Origin: Bdellovibrionales bacterium GWA1_52_35
GTDB lineage: Bacteria > Bdellovibrionota > UBA1018
Direction: 5' to 3'
Assembly (NCBI GenBank): GCA_001769805.1
Contig: MEPO01000011.1
Span: forward strand, 41,623 to 105,622
Length of the DNA: 64,000 nucleotides
Shown: positions 10,582 through 20,343 of the stretch, one piece after another
Position numbering within the stretch: position 1 is the stretch's first letter
Layout of the letters: every line of letters starts with the position of its first letter
Notes under the pieces: model-generated
What the model saw: only the letters and a program-made list of their open reading frames with translations
Databases searched by the model: none
Told to the model about the DNA's origin: nothing
Made by a program: the position numbers and the translations under genes

Positions 10582-12470
10582 AGCTTAAAGAGGTAGTTAT
10601 TCCCGTTCCCTTCCAGTCGGATTGCTGATTTTGAAATGACTTCGTCTATATGAATCATCAATGCAAGACTGTCTCTTTCGTCTTTGGTCAGGTTTTTAAT
10701 CCTAACAAGCCAGTCTTTTCTCCAGTCAACCGTTTGAGTATTGGTAAGCCAATAATATATCCCTTTTTTTCTAAGATGATCTTTTATTTGGTTATAGTCC
10801 GGCTTTCCCGAAAGTGTGTGAAGCTGAAGCTGTCTCCCATTCCGTAAAAATTCGTAATCATCGAAATATCGGAGACTTATTAGTTCAAACATATACCCAC
10901 ACTCGCGTGACAGTATTCGTCTAGACGATTTAAACACCGCAAGCGGATAATCGTGGAGGCTCTGCGTCAAGTAATCTGTAACTTTATTCGGATTAAGAAT
11001 ATACTGTGTAACTGCTAACGGCTCGCGGCCATTTTGAAGATATGCAAAACAAAAAATCGCGGCAGCCAAAAGCGATTTCCACTGGAATCTAAAGAAATAC
11101 AGAAATACCCCGGTAAGCAACACCCCAAGATAAAATGTCGACAAAATGTAGCGGGCCTGATGAGAACCCGTCCAAAAGTTGATGGTCAGAGCAAGAAAAT
11201 AGAAGATGGCCAGAAAGAGCAGGTCCTTCCTTTGATAAAGGCCCTTAAAGAACAGCACACATATTGAAAAAAATGCTCCAAATTCCGCGAGACGATAATT
11301 CATGACGCCACGTAAAGAGAAAGTAGATATTGCGTAGTTTTCAAAGTTTCCTGACAAGAGACGATATGGAGTCAATAAATAATTAATGAGAGTTCTCGGA
11401 AAAGTGAAGTGAGCCAAATTATCGTATACCAATTGCAGATACTCGGCATCGGGCATCCCCCTGTGCCCTAAATAGAACGGCCATACCGGGTTGCCAAATA
11501 AAATTAGATTTTTTGCATACCAAAACAAAGCAGGAACAATACCAACGATAATAGACAGGACCAAAGGTCTAACTTTCGTTGCATTTTTATGCCTGTCTGA
11601 AAACATGGCAAAGGACAGTGCAACAGAAAACGTAATCGCCGCGGGGATTAGTGCAGTATACTTAATCGCCAGAGCACCACCAGCCCCCAAACACAGAAGG
11701 CGGAAGAACGTTGGATCAGCCGTTCGGATCCAGAGGGCGCAACTTAAAATGGAAATCATCTCCATGCATGCTGCGCCGACATCAACGTAACAAGTATGCG
11801 CGATTTCGAAGCTAAAATGGTAAACCAGCACCAACAAGGCAACTAGCCGTGCAATTTTTGGAGTAGTTAATATTTTAAACGCGGAAAACACAAAAAGTGC
11901 CATTGCCACGAGATGGGACACGTGAAACAGCTTCGAAAGTGTGTAGTCGCTCGTTAAAGCATGGCCAAACCAATAAATAATATCCAGCCCTTTTGGCAGG
12001 GCACCGTAAAAATTCGGTTTTGTACTAAGCTCGTAATTTTTGGTAAGTGGCAAGTGATAAGCTAAAGCATCCCAACTAACCTCTGGAAGGGCCGCACGCA
12101 GGCAATGAATCGCCACAAAAAAACCGAACAGCACCGTGAACCAATTGAAATGAGCATATTCTCGGATAAACCTAATCGGCGATACGCCCCGCCTCGAAAC
12201 CAACAACATGACCACGGAGGCCGCAAGTATCAGGAAAAATATCAACGTCGCATTTGCCGAATTTAATTGAGCAAGCGTAACAGACGGAATGAGAATAATG
12301 GATAAAGTAATATTTCCACAAACTATCGCGATGCCCAGATTCCCAATTTTAAACTGTTGGTGCTCCACCCTCAGCTGGAGAGCCCGAGAAACAATGGAAC
12401 CCATAATCGCCGTAGTACTTACAACAAACAGCGATACCCCCAATATGGCCAATTGATAATGATAATTCAT
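10578..12470 (-). CDS. Large polytopic membrane protein (630 aa; candidate GT-C-fold glycosyltransferase, ArnT/PMT-like topology)
   Basis: At least 13 hydrophobic segments in the N-terminal 470 aa, then a soluble domain of about 150 aa. Its stop overlaps the stop of the convergent methyltransferase. Confidence 0.5.
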   Translation of the reverse strand: MNYHYQLAILGVSLFVVSTTAIMGSIVSRALQLRVEHQQFKIGNLGIAIVCGNITLSIILIPSVTLAQLNSANATLIFFLILAASVVMLLVSRRGVSPIRFIREYAHFNWFTVLFGFFVAIHCLRAALPEVSWDALAYHLPLTKNYELSTKPNFYGALPKGLDIIYWFGHALTSDYTLSKLFHVSHLVAMALFVFSAFKILTTPKIARLVALLVLVYHFSFEIAHTCYVDVGAACMEMISILSCALWIRTADPTFFRLLCLGAGGALAIKYTALIPAAITFSVALSFAMFSDRHKNATKVRPLVLSIIVGIVPALFWYAKNLILFGNPVWPFYLGHRGMPDAEYLQLVYDNLAHFTFPRTLINYLLTPYRLLSGNFENYAISTFSLRGVMNYRLAEFGAFFSICVLFFKGLYQRKDLLFLAIFYFLALTINFWTGSHQARYILSTFYLGVLLTGVFLYFFRFQWKSLLAAAIFCFAYLQNGREPLAVTQYILNPNKVTDYLTQSLHDYPLAVFKSSRRILSRECGYMFELISLRYFDDYEFLRNGRQLQLHTLSGKPDYNQIKDHLRKKGIYYWLTNTQTVDWRKDWLVRIKNLTKDERDSLALMIHIDEVISKSAIRLEGNGNNYLFKL

Positions 12471-12753
12471 ATGCGCGCTTTATACTAGTATACCGTCGAT
12501 CCATAGTTCACAAATAGTAGACTCTCTACTCCTATCGCGTACGGGCTGCTTAGCCCAGCCAAAACCGTGGCAACCCCTCCGCAACAAATGCCCCGCCCTA
12601 CTCGTTACATTCACAATAATGAGCGGAAACGTTTGCAAATATGGGACAGCGACTGCAATATGTCTAATTTCGCAATATCAGGAATCGAATGATCAACTGC
12701 GAACCATCTAACGCTCTAACACTGTCCCGACAAATTCGGCTGGACACTATTTT

Positions 12754-14391
12754 ATGAGACGACCCCATTACGGCACGCTCCGCTTTACCGATATCATTTC
12801 AGGCGTGATTACGAGATCAGTTGCACTATTTCTGGTGTTCTGGGGGACTGCCTACTTTATTCACGAGCCCATATTGGGTCACAATTCTCTTACAAATCTG
12901 ATTATGGGCGCCGCCCCGCTACATGGCATGGGCGCTCCTTATCGAGATTACTGGGACATTTATCCGCCAGGCATTTATATTATATATGGTCTTCTCGAAT
13001 TTCTTTTTAGCGGAAATATTTTAGCGTATAAACTGCTACACATAGGAACAGTATTGGCCGTCTGTGAAATGGCTTCCGGTTTAGTGCGGACGCGCATCGG
13101 CAATACGATTGGGTCGGCTGCGGACCGTATTGCTTACATCTTCTTTTCGGCAATCACATGCTTAATGCTGAACTCGCCCCACCTGAATACAATATTTTTT
13201 TCTAATGTATTGATCTGTGTTCTTATTTCGGTCGCCGGACTTTCTTTTTTTATCTATTCCCGCTCGCTTTTTTTTTGTTACGGTCTAAGTACATTCTTGT
13301 TTACTTTTTCCGGATTTGTAAAAGACCCGTTTATATTTACAGCGGTGCTCCCGGCCCTCTTTATTTTTCGTGAATTCAAGAGTAAAAACCGAACAATAAA
13401 AGCACTCGTCTGGACCTTTCTGGGCGCCACCGCGGCGGTTTTGATAAACGGTGCCTATCTCGTTAAACTTAATATCGCTGGTTCATACCTAGAGGTGTTT
13501 AAGTTTAAATATGACTACTTTATTAAAGATAAAACAGTGGGCGCCGGCGAAGGAAAGCCGCTTGATTTCCTCAGTGAGTATTTTGAATACACATTTTATT
13601 ATTCGGACGTAATTATTTATCTGATGTTTGCAGTATTTGGGATTTCAATAATTTTAGCTTTACGACAGTACTCGAAAAATTCTCGTTGTTCGTGTGACTA
13701 CTTGATATATCCAGCATTTTTTTTGTTAAACTATATTGGGTTTAAAGCACAGGGGCGCATAATCGGAACTTATTGTTTGCAAATGACAGTACCAACTGTA
13801 CTTGTTTGTTGTCAGATTTTTGTACTTTTTCGGAAAATTACTTTTAATGTTCAGTTCGGTTCGTTTGTTGCTCTGCTGACGCTGTTCGCCTTTTTACCGC
13901 AAAGAGAGGTTTTTGCTTCCTTCTTTAAACAGGAATTCCCTGCTCCAAGAGAGTACTACGAAGGCTTACGTGTCAAACGGGCTCAAGCGCCCGAAATCTA
14001 TTCTCCGCTACTAAAGCAACTCCTAAGCGAAGATAAGTCCATGTTGGCTCTTTACGGATGGGGCACACCAACTTATTACTATAAATTTAATGTTAAACCG
14101 TTTTCTAGATTTTTTGTTGTTCATCCGAATATCTTGGGTGACCACCAGCTAAAAGAGTGGGTAACGGCTTTTAAAAGCAAGCTCCCACGGGTTGTAATGT
14201 ATTTGTCAGATCCCCAGAATGCTGACATGGATGTTGAACTTTTCGAGAGGCAAACAATTAATATCGGAAAGCTTTTAAAAGATTGTTACAAGAATGTTGA
14301 TACTAAATTCTACGTTCTTCCCGCCGGCAAGTGCGCTTTGTTTGATTTAGATATTGGGGCATATATTAACCCAAAATACGTTAACAATTAA
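12754..14391 (+). CDS. Polytopic membrane protein, AT-rich, Phe-rich (function unknown; glycan-locus associated)
   Basis: 545 aa with at least 12 TM segments and a C-terminal soluble part of about 130 aa. Codon usage is very AT-biased, with several T8-T9 runs. Confidence 0.45.
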   Translation: MRRPHYGTLRFTDIISGVITRSVALFLVFWGTAYFIHEPILGHNSLTNLIMGAAPLHGMGAPYRDYWDIYPPGIYIIYGLLEFLFSGNILAYKLLHIGTVLAVCEMASGLVRTRIGNTIGSAADRIAYIFFSAITCLMLNSPHLNTIFFSNVLICVLISVAGLSFFIYSRSLFFCYGLSTFLFTFSGFVKDPFIFTAVLPALFIFREFKSKNRTIKALVWTFLGATAAVLINGAYLVKLNIAGSYLEVFKFKYDYFIKDKTVGAGEGKPLDFLSEYFEYTFYYSDVIIYLMFAVFGISIILALRQYSKNSRCSCDYLIYPAFFLLNYIGFKAQGRIIGTYCLQMTVPTVLVCCQIFVLFRKITFNVQFGSFVALLTLFAFLPQREVFASFFKQEFPAPREYYEGLRVKRAQAPEIYSPLLKQLLSEDKSMLALYGWGTPTYYYKFNVKPFSRFFVVHPNILGDHQLKEWVTAFKSKLPRVVMYLSDPQNADMDVELFERQTINIGKLLKDCYKNVDTKFYVLPAGKCALFDLDIGAYINPKYVNN

Positions 14392-14436
14392 TGACAATCA
14401 CCGGATTTTTCCAAAAAAAGCAGAACGCAATGAAGC

Positions 14437-15996
14437 CTACTTGTGGATCATATCTGACGCAGATACCTTGCGTTTAGCTCGCGAATTTTCAAGTTGCCTA
14501 ATGGCAGCTCTGAAGAAACCACTGACGAGAACTCTATGCTCGATATTAATATCTTCGGCGATTTGCCTCGGAAGAAACTTCCAATGAGCATTACTCCTGG
14601 AATCGGCAAGGGCTATCTGATCAATCAACTGCCCAGAAACATCTGCTTTTTGTATTAAGGGGATTTTTAGAATATTGCCGGGTTCATTTAGTGGATTTCT
14701 CCAAGTCAGGTGAGATCGTAGATGAGTACTGGGATTATTAATAGTGATGGCATACTCGGAAATACCAAATTCGATCGCCGTTTGGTGCACCAGCGCCTCA
14801 ATCTCTGAAAAATTTGCGGCAACCGTAAGGCGCGAAATCTGAAGAGCTGCAAAGTGGTTAGCAATGATAAAATGCGGTCGGCTATCGCGAAAACGCTTCG
14901 TGGTAAAGCCGCGGAGGTAGCCGCAGTAATGGAGCAAAATCCCCATAAGGGCTCCAGATAGCAAAAGCAGCCAGGCCGCTGCTCCCCGTGTATATGCCAG
15001 ATTAACCCAAAGAACACTACCAGCCACGAGTGAAACCACTGCGGCAGCTAACGAAATATTCGCCGCAGTCCAGGAATTTGCGAGTAATTTGTGATGGATG
15101 TGGCTTTGGTCCGCACTGCCAATAGGCTTACCCTTCAAAATTCGCCGTAGGACAGAAAGCATTACTTCAAGGACTGGGTAGAAAGCAATGAGGCTTGCTG
15201 CTGGTACATGAAATAAGAAAGGTTCCTGCTGTAAAGACGGCGAAAAACCCAGGTGACTAAATCGCATCGGGGATTTTGTTCCAAGCGAGATCAGCAGACA
15301 AGAAATAAACACACCGAGCCCCATGCTTCCAGAGTCGCCCAGGTATATTTTGGCGGGCCGCCAATTCAGCAGCAAAAAGCCTGAGAGAGCCCCAAATCCG
15401 GCGGAAGCAAGCGCAAGTCCTGTTTTGTCCCCTAAAATAGATGCGCTAATAGCAATAGATAAAAGTATGACAGCGGCGACACTGCCAGCAAGGCCGTCCA
15501 CCCCGTCGATTAGGTTTATTCCATTTGTAATGGTCAGAATCCAGAGAACTGTAAAGGGTACCTCAAGCACACCCAACAATAAGGGATCGATCCCGGGGAT
15601 TCGCACTACCTCAAAACGCCATGCAAAAACCGAAAACATTAACGCAAGAATAACCTGACCCAAGAGTTTATAGCGGGCGCGAATCTGAAATTTGTCATCA
15701 AGCAATCCAAGAATTGCTGCAGCACTGCTGATGCCGATAATCCAAAAAAGCTTGCCGCTTTCTATTTCAGAAAAGGAAACAGAATGGGTCTGACTAAAAA
15801 AACAGCCGCTTACGAAAATCCCCAAAAAAATTGCGCCGCCCCCCAGGAAAGGGATGGATTTCTCATGGATCTTCCGGTGGGCCGGTCGGTCTAATAAATC
15901 CAATCGAATCGCAAGCCTCATAATCAGGGGCAGTACCAATAGGGTAGATAAAAAAGCGATCACCGCAAATATGGAATAGGACCAAAACCCTGTCAT
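14437..15996 (-). CDS. WecA/WbpL/MraY-family polyprenyl-phosphate N-acetylhexosamine-1-phosphate transferase with about 170-aa C-terminal cytoplasmic extension
   Basis: Has ..GLLDDKFQI.. (DD motif), ..NGINLIDGVDGLAGSVA.. (the N-x-x-D-G-x-D-G-L signature) and ..GDSGSMGLG... There are 10-11 TM segments, followed by a soluble tail. Confidence 0.8.
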   Translation of the reverse strand: MTGFWSYSIFAVIAFLSTLLVLPLIMRLAIRLDLLDRPAHRKIHEKSIPFLGGGAIFLGIFVSGCFFSQTHSVSFSEIESGKLFWIIGISSAAAILGLLDDKFQIRARYKLLGQVILALMFSVFAWRFEVVRIPGIDPLLLGVLEVPFTVLWILTITNGINLIDGVDGLAGSVAAVILLSIAISASILGDKTGLALASAGFGALSGFLLLNWRPAKIYLGDSGSMGLGVFISCLLISLGTKSPMRFSHLGFSPSLQQEPFLFHVPAASLIAFYPVLEVMLSVLRRILKGKPIGSADQSHIHHKLLANSWTAANISLAAAVVSLVAGSVLWVNLAYTRGAAAWLLLLSGALMGILLHYCGYLRGFTTKRFRDSRPHFIIANHFAALQISRLTVAANFSEIEALVHQTAIEFGISEYAITINNPSTHLRSHLTWRNPLNEPGNILKIPLIQKADVSGQLIDQIALADSRSNAHWKFLPRQIAEDINIEHRVLVSGFFRAAIRQLENSRAKRKVSASDMIHK

Positions 15997-16167
15997 AAGA
16001 GTTTTTATTTTCTACCAAAGTTCCCACAAAAAGGCTATTGGAGCTTTCCCATATCTGATCTGTACCGACCGAGATATTTGCTCGGGACTAGACCGTCTTG
16101 TTCGGAAGTACCTTCAAAAATCATCCTCTTGCCAACTCCTAGAGATCTCTAGTAAACCATAGATTAT

Positions 16168-17172
16168 ATGAAACGCGCACTGATTACCGGCATTACCGGT
16201 CAAGACGGATCCTATTTGGCTGAGCTACTCTTAGAGAAAGGCTATGAAGTTCATGGCATTATTCGGCGCTCAAGCTCGTTCAATACAGACAGAATTGACC
16301 ATCTTTACAAAGACCCCCATTATAAAGATGCTCGCCTTTTTCTCCATTATGGCGACTTATCGGATTCGACGGGTTTAAACAGAACCCTTCGGCAAATTAA
16401 ACCTGCCGAAATTTACCACCTAGGCGCCCAGAGTCATGTCCGAGTCAGTTTCGATATTCCCGAATACACCGGAGACGTAACCGGACTGGGGACAATTCGT
16501 TTGCTGGACGCAATCTTAGATACCGGAATCGAAACCCGCTTTTATCAGGCATCCAGCTCTGAAATGTTCGGAAAAGTACTTGAAGTCCCCCAAAAAGAAA
16601 CTACTCCGTTTTATCCCCGCAGTCCCTACGGCTGCGCCAAAGTGTACGCCTACTGGATTACGGTTAATTATCGTGAGGGCTATAACCTGCATGCCTCTAA
16701 TGGGATCCTGTTTAATCACGAGTCCCCACGTCGCGGCGAAACTTTCGTTACGCGCAAAATTACCCGCGCCCTGGCCCGGATCCTCACTGGAAAGCAGAGC
16801 GAGCTATTTCTAGGTAACCTCGATGCGAAACGCGATTGGGGCTATGCTAAAGACTATGTTGAAGCCATGTGGATGATGCTTCAAACACCAAAAGGCGATG
16901 ATTATGTGATCGCCACGGGGGAAACGCATTCAATTAAGGACTTTTTAGATCTCTCCTTTGGTCTTGTCGATCGTGATTGGGCAGACTACGTCAAAATTGA
17001 CCCCAAATATTACCGCCCAACCGAAGTAGACCTCCTGATTGGTGATCCTTCCAAGGCGAAAAGCCAGCTGGGTTGGAAACCAAAATGCAGTTTTTCAGAG
17101 CTCGTTCGACTGATGGTCACTGAGGATCTGAAACTGGAGGGTTTGGATCCTGAAAAATGGATTAAGAAATGA
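16168..17172 (+). CDS. gmd: GDP-mannose 4,6-dehydratase
   Basis: [40 protein letters not shown] (YxxxK) and [18 protein letters not shown] are all present. These are near-canonical Gmd sequences. Confidence 0.95.
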   Translation: MKRALITGITGQDGSYLAELLLEKGYEVHGIIRRSSSFNTDRIDHLYKDPHYKDARLFLHYGDLSDSTGLNRTLRQIKPAEIYHLGAQSHVRVSFDIPEYTGDVTGLGTIRLLDAILDTGIETRFYQASSSEMFGKVLEVPQKETTPFYPRSPYGCAKVYAYWITVNYREGYNLHASNGILFNHESPRRGETFVTRKITRALARILTGKQSELFLGNLDAKRDWGYAKDYVEAMWMMLQTPKGDDYVIATGETHSIKDFLDLSFGLVDRDWADYVKIDPKYYRPTEVDLLIGDPSKAKSQLGWKPKCSFSELVRLMVTEDLKLEGLDPEKWIKK

Positions 17173-18137
17173 GCAAACTTTCCATTATGGGACCTGATAG
17201 TCGGGTTTTTGTTGCCGGCCACTGCGGTTTGGTGGGGTCAGCGCTTGTACGATGTCTTGAGAAGAAACAATACACAAACATCGTAGTCCGTAAACGCGAT
17301 GAACTCGATCTCCTTAACCAATCAGCGGTAAATAAATTTTTTGCTGAGAATCAGATTGAGTTTGTATTTTTAGCCGCAGCCAAGGTCGGTGGCATTCAGG
17401 CAAACAACACCTACCCTGCCGATTTTTTGTACGAAAACTTAGTCATTGAGACGAACGTTATCCATGCAGCAGCAAGTCACAAAGTTTCAAAACTCCTTTT
17501 TCTGGGAAGTTCTTGTATTTATCCTCGTGAGGCGCCTCGGCCCATTCGAGAAGAGAGCCTTCTAACGGGGCCGCTTGAGTTTACCAATGAGGCATATGCA
17601 ATTGCTAAAATTGCAGGGCTTAAGATGTGTGAAACGTACAAACGCCAGTACGGCCACAGATTTATTTCAGCTATGCCCACCAACCTTTATGGGCCTTTCG
17701 ATAATTTTCATCCGGTAAATTCGCATGTCATTCCTGGGATGATGCGCAGATTTCATGAAGCAAAAATAGCGCGCGCCCCCACTGTTTCAGTCTGGGGTTC
17801 TGGGCTGCCCTTGCGTGAGTTTCTCCACGTAGATGAACTGGCCGATGCTCTTTACCTGCTGATGCAAAAATACGAAGCGCCCGAAACCATTAACGTTGGC
17901 ACTGGTGAGGACTGCAGCATTAGCGAACTAGCCGCAAAAATGAAAGCCGCCGTGGAGTACACCGGGGAAGTGATTTTTGACCCCTCCAAACCCGATGGAA
18001 CTTTTAGAAAAGTGCTTGAAATTTCGAAGATCAAGAGCCTTGGGTGGACTCCTCGTATTGCCCTCAGTAGCGGGTTAAGAGATACCTACCAATGGGCCCT
18101 CCGATCGGGCGTATTTAGCCTAACCAGCACCCAATGA
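17169..18137 (+). CDS. fcl: GDP-L-fucose synthase (GDP-4-keto-6-deoxymannose 3,5-epimerase/4-reductase)
   Basis: [14 protein letters not shown] and [16 protein letters not shown] are present. The start overlaps the gmd stop (ATGA). PTNLYGP.DNFHP matches the classic Fcl motif. Confidence 0.9.
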   Translation: MSKLSIMGPDSRVFVAGHCGLVGSALVRCLEKKQYTNIVVRKRDELDLLNQSAVNKFFAENQIEFVFLAAAKVGGIQANNTYPADFLYENLVIETNVIHAAASHKVSKLLFLGSSCIYPREAPRPIREESLLTGPLEFTNEAYAIAKIAGLKMCETYKRQYGHRFISAMPTNLYGPFDNFHPVNSHVIPGMMRRFHEAKIARAPTVSVWGSGLPLREFLHVDELADALYLLMQKYEAPETINVGTGEDCSISELAAKMKAAVEYTGEVIFDPSKPDGTFRKVLEISKIKSLGWTPRIALSSGLRDTYQWALRSGVFSLTSTQ

Positions 18138-19411
18138 ATGCCTCAGTTACACTACTCTTAGTATTGGGGATGCTTCCTTCATTTACGGCATTATCGCAAT
18201 CGCTCGCAAAGACTCTTCCAGTTATCGGTCAATACCTTGGCCCCATTAACCCGTTAAAAATTTTTTTTCCGGTTCTGCTTTGGTTTGTTTGGAAAAACAG
18301 GGGGCTGATACCAAAACGCAACTGGACTCTACTGGGCCTGACACTTGGACTCGGGTCGGCTGGTACTTTGGTTGCTGCGATAAGTTGCTCCTTTCCTCCT
18401 GATCTCATTCGCGAATGGGCTGTGATCTGTATCGGGATTGCTGGAGCGCTGTCCCTTGCCGTTTTGCCTCAATCCCAATTTAGAAAAGTCATAATTTGTT
18501 GGAGCGTAATCATCTTCGGTTCAGTTGTCCTAAATCTCGTATTTCCAGAAGCACTCAATTTTATCAATGCTCACTTGTTTGACCCCATTCGACAAGTGCC
18601 CGATGATCCGAATAATATCAATTTTTTGATGGGTTTTTTCGACACTGCTTCTTTGGCAAAACTTCTCGTTTGGATTCCCTGGTTGCTCATGTGGAGCGAT
18701 TCTCGTCTTGAGACATCACCAGGCTACCGGCGAGTGCTCTTTTATCTCTCGATCCTTGGAGTTTGTGCAATATTGGCGCTAACCACAACTCAGCGCGGGC
18801 CTTTTGTTGGTTTGCTTGCTGGTGCTGTAGCCTTTTTGATCCATATTGCGCTGGTAGGACGCCGTTATCACCTTTTGAAACAAAGCGGGATCATTTTACT
18901 ACTTGCGCTGGCGTTAATACCTGTTTTTGTCCCAAAAAATGTTCTTATTTACCGCGTCTTTCCGCTGATTCACAAATCTAACCCCACTCTGTCCAACCCT
19001 GCCACTGCCTCGATCACCCAACGAGAACGGCACCTTAAGCTTGCATTTGAAACGATACGCGGAAATCCGTTGGGGTATCCCTGCATTGCTCCTGAAGAGT
19101 ACGCAAGACGACAAATCGCAGTCCCAGGGCATTCACATAATATTATTCTGGAACAGTTTCGTTCTCGTGGATGGATCTTTGGTCTATGGCATTTTGGAAT
19201 CTGGCTTTTCGCACTTCTGATCTACTGGCGAAGTCCCTCGTTACGACATTCTGCTCTGCTGGGTGGAGTGGTCACAACCTTGGTGCTAGGACTTGCCGAT
19301 CATCCTTGGTTCGTGATTAATCACGCTCTGGTTCTAGGAACATTCCTTTTTGGTTATATAAGACAGGATAAATCGCAACGTCCTCTAATCGATAGTGGTA
19401 GTGCCGTTTAA
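18134..19411 (+). CDS. O-antigen ligase-like membrane protein (Wzy_C domain)
   Basis: 425 aa with about 10 TM segments. The periplasmic loop carries ..HSHNIILEQFRSRGWIFGL.., matching the WaaL/Wzy_C H..N..LE signature. ATGA overlap with fcl. Confidence 0.6.
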   Translation: MNASVTLLLVLGMLPSFTALSQSLAKTLPVIGQYLGPINPLKIFFPVLLWFVWKNRGLIPKRNWTLLGLTLGLGSAGTLVAAISCSFPPDLIREWAVICIGIAGALSLAVLPQSQFRKVIICWSVIIFGSVVLNLVFPEALNFINAHLFDPIRQVPDDPNNINFLMGFFDTASLAKLLVWIPWLLMWSDSRLETSPGYRRVLFYLSILGVCAILALTTTQRGPFVGLLAGAVAFLIHIALVGRRYHLLKQSGIILLLALALIPVFVPKNVLIYRVFPLIHKSNPTLSNPATASITQRERHLKLAFETIRGNPLGYPCIAPEEYARRQIAVPGHSHNIILEQFRSRGWIFGLWHFGIWLFALLIYWRSPSLRHSALLGGVVTTLVLGLADHPWFVINHALVLGTFLFGYIRQDKSQRPLIDSGSAV

Positions 19412-19440
19412 TCAGCAGCAATCTATCTTCGCATAGTCCC

Positions 19441-20316
19441 ATGATAGAGCTGACAGTTAAGAAAAATATGGGAATCAACCTCGTTGATGCAAAACTAATT
19501 TTAGAAATTTTCGGCGAGCGGAAGAACCGCTTTGATCGAGTCCTGACCCTCGGACGTCAACAGCTGTTCTTTAATCCTCGCCGATTTGCTCACTGGGCTC
19601 AAAAGCACACAAATTGCGGAATCGGACGCGTCACAAATTTTTTAAACGAAGCTCAGGACGGAGGAGTGGCAGATCCTCTATTTAAGCTCTTGGGCGTCGG
19701 TCGTGTGGAGTCTTTGGACTATTCTTCATATGAAGGAGCTAGTATTTGCCACGACCTGAATAGGCCGATTCCTGATTCATTGAAGTCTCAGTTTGATCTG
19801 GTTTTTGATGGTGGAACACTGGAACACGTTTTTAATTTTCCTGTCGCCCTCAAGAACGCGATGGAACTCGTGCGACCAGGTGGATTTCTTCTTTCCATTC
19901 TTCCAGGCAATAATCAGGTAGGACATGGTTTTTATCAATTTAGCCCGGAGCTTTTCCACAATGCCCTTAACAAAGTGAATGGCTTTGAGCTACTCGAGCT
20001 TATTGCGATTGAGCTTTCGCCGTTTCATCGATGCTATCGGGTTACGGACCCGGCTACCTTGGGTGAGCGCGTAACCTTGACGAACCGCTGGCCTGTGAAC
20101 CTATTTATTCTGGCCGAAAAGATTTCTGACCAGCCCGTTTTTGCAACGCCTCCCCTTCAGTCCGATTATCAGCTTAAATGGAAGAACCAGAACCCAAGGG
20201 AGGCAACCTCCCCAGGCATGATGCGCCGGATTTTGAGGAAACTTTTTGGACTGTTCAGACCTGAAGGATCGGGCTTTCGAAATCCTCAACACTTTACGCG
20301 CATTCATTTGAAATAA
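19441..20316 (+). CDS. Putative SAM-dependent methyltransferase (class I-like)
   Basis: Has ..FDLVFDGGTLEHVFNF... and LVRPGGFLL.. like Methyltransf_11/23 members. Motif I is weak. Confidence 0.4.
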   Translation: MIELTVKKNMGINLVDAKLILEIFGERKNRFDRVLTLGRQQLFFNPRRFAHWAQKHTNCGIGRVTNFLNEAQDGGVADPLFKLLGVGRVESLDYSSYEGASICHDLNRPIPDSLKSQFDLVFDGGTLEHVFNFPVALKNAMELVRPGGFLLSILPGNNQVGHGFYQFSPELFHNALNKVNGFELLELIAIELSPFHRCYRVTDPATLGERVTLTNRWPVNLFILAEKISDQPVFATPPLQSDYQLKWKNQNPREATSPGMMRRILRKLFGLFRPEGSGFRNPQHFTRIHLK

Positions 20317-20343
20317 TGGGGTAAACATCATATCTCTCGTTCT

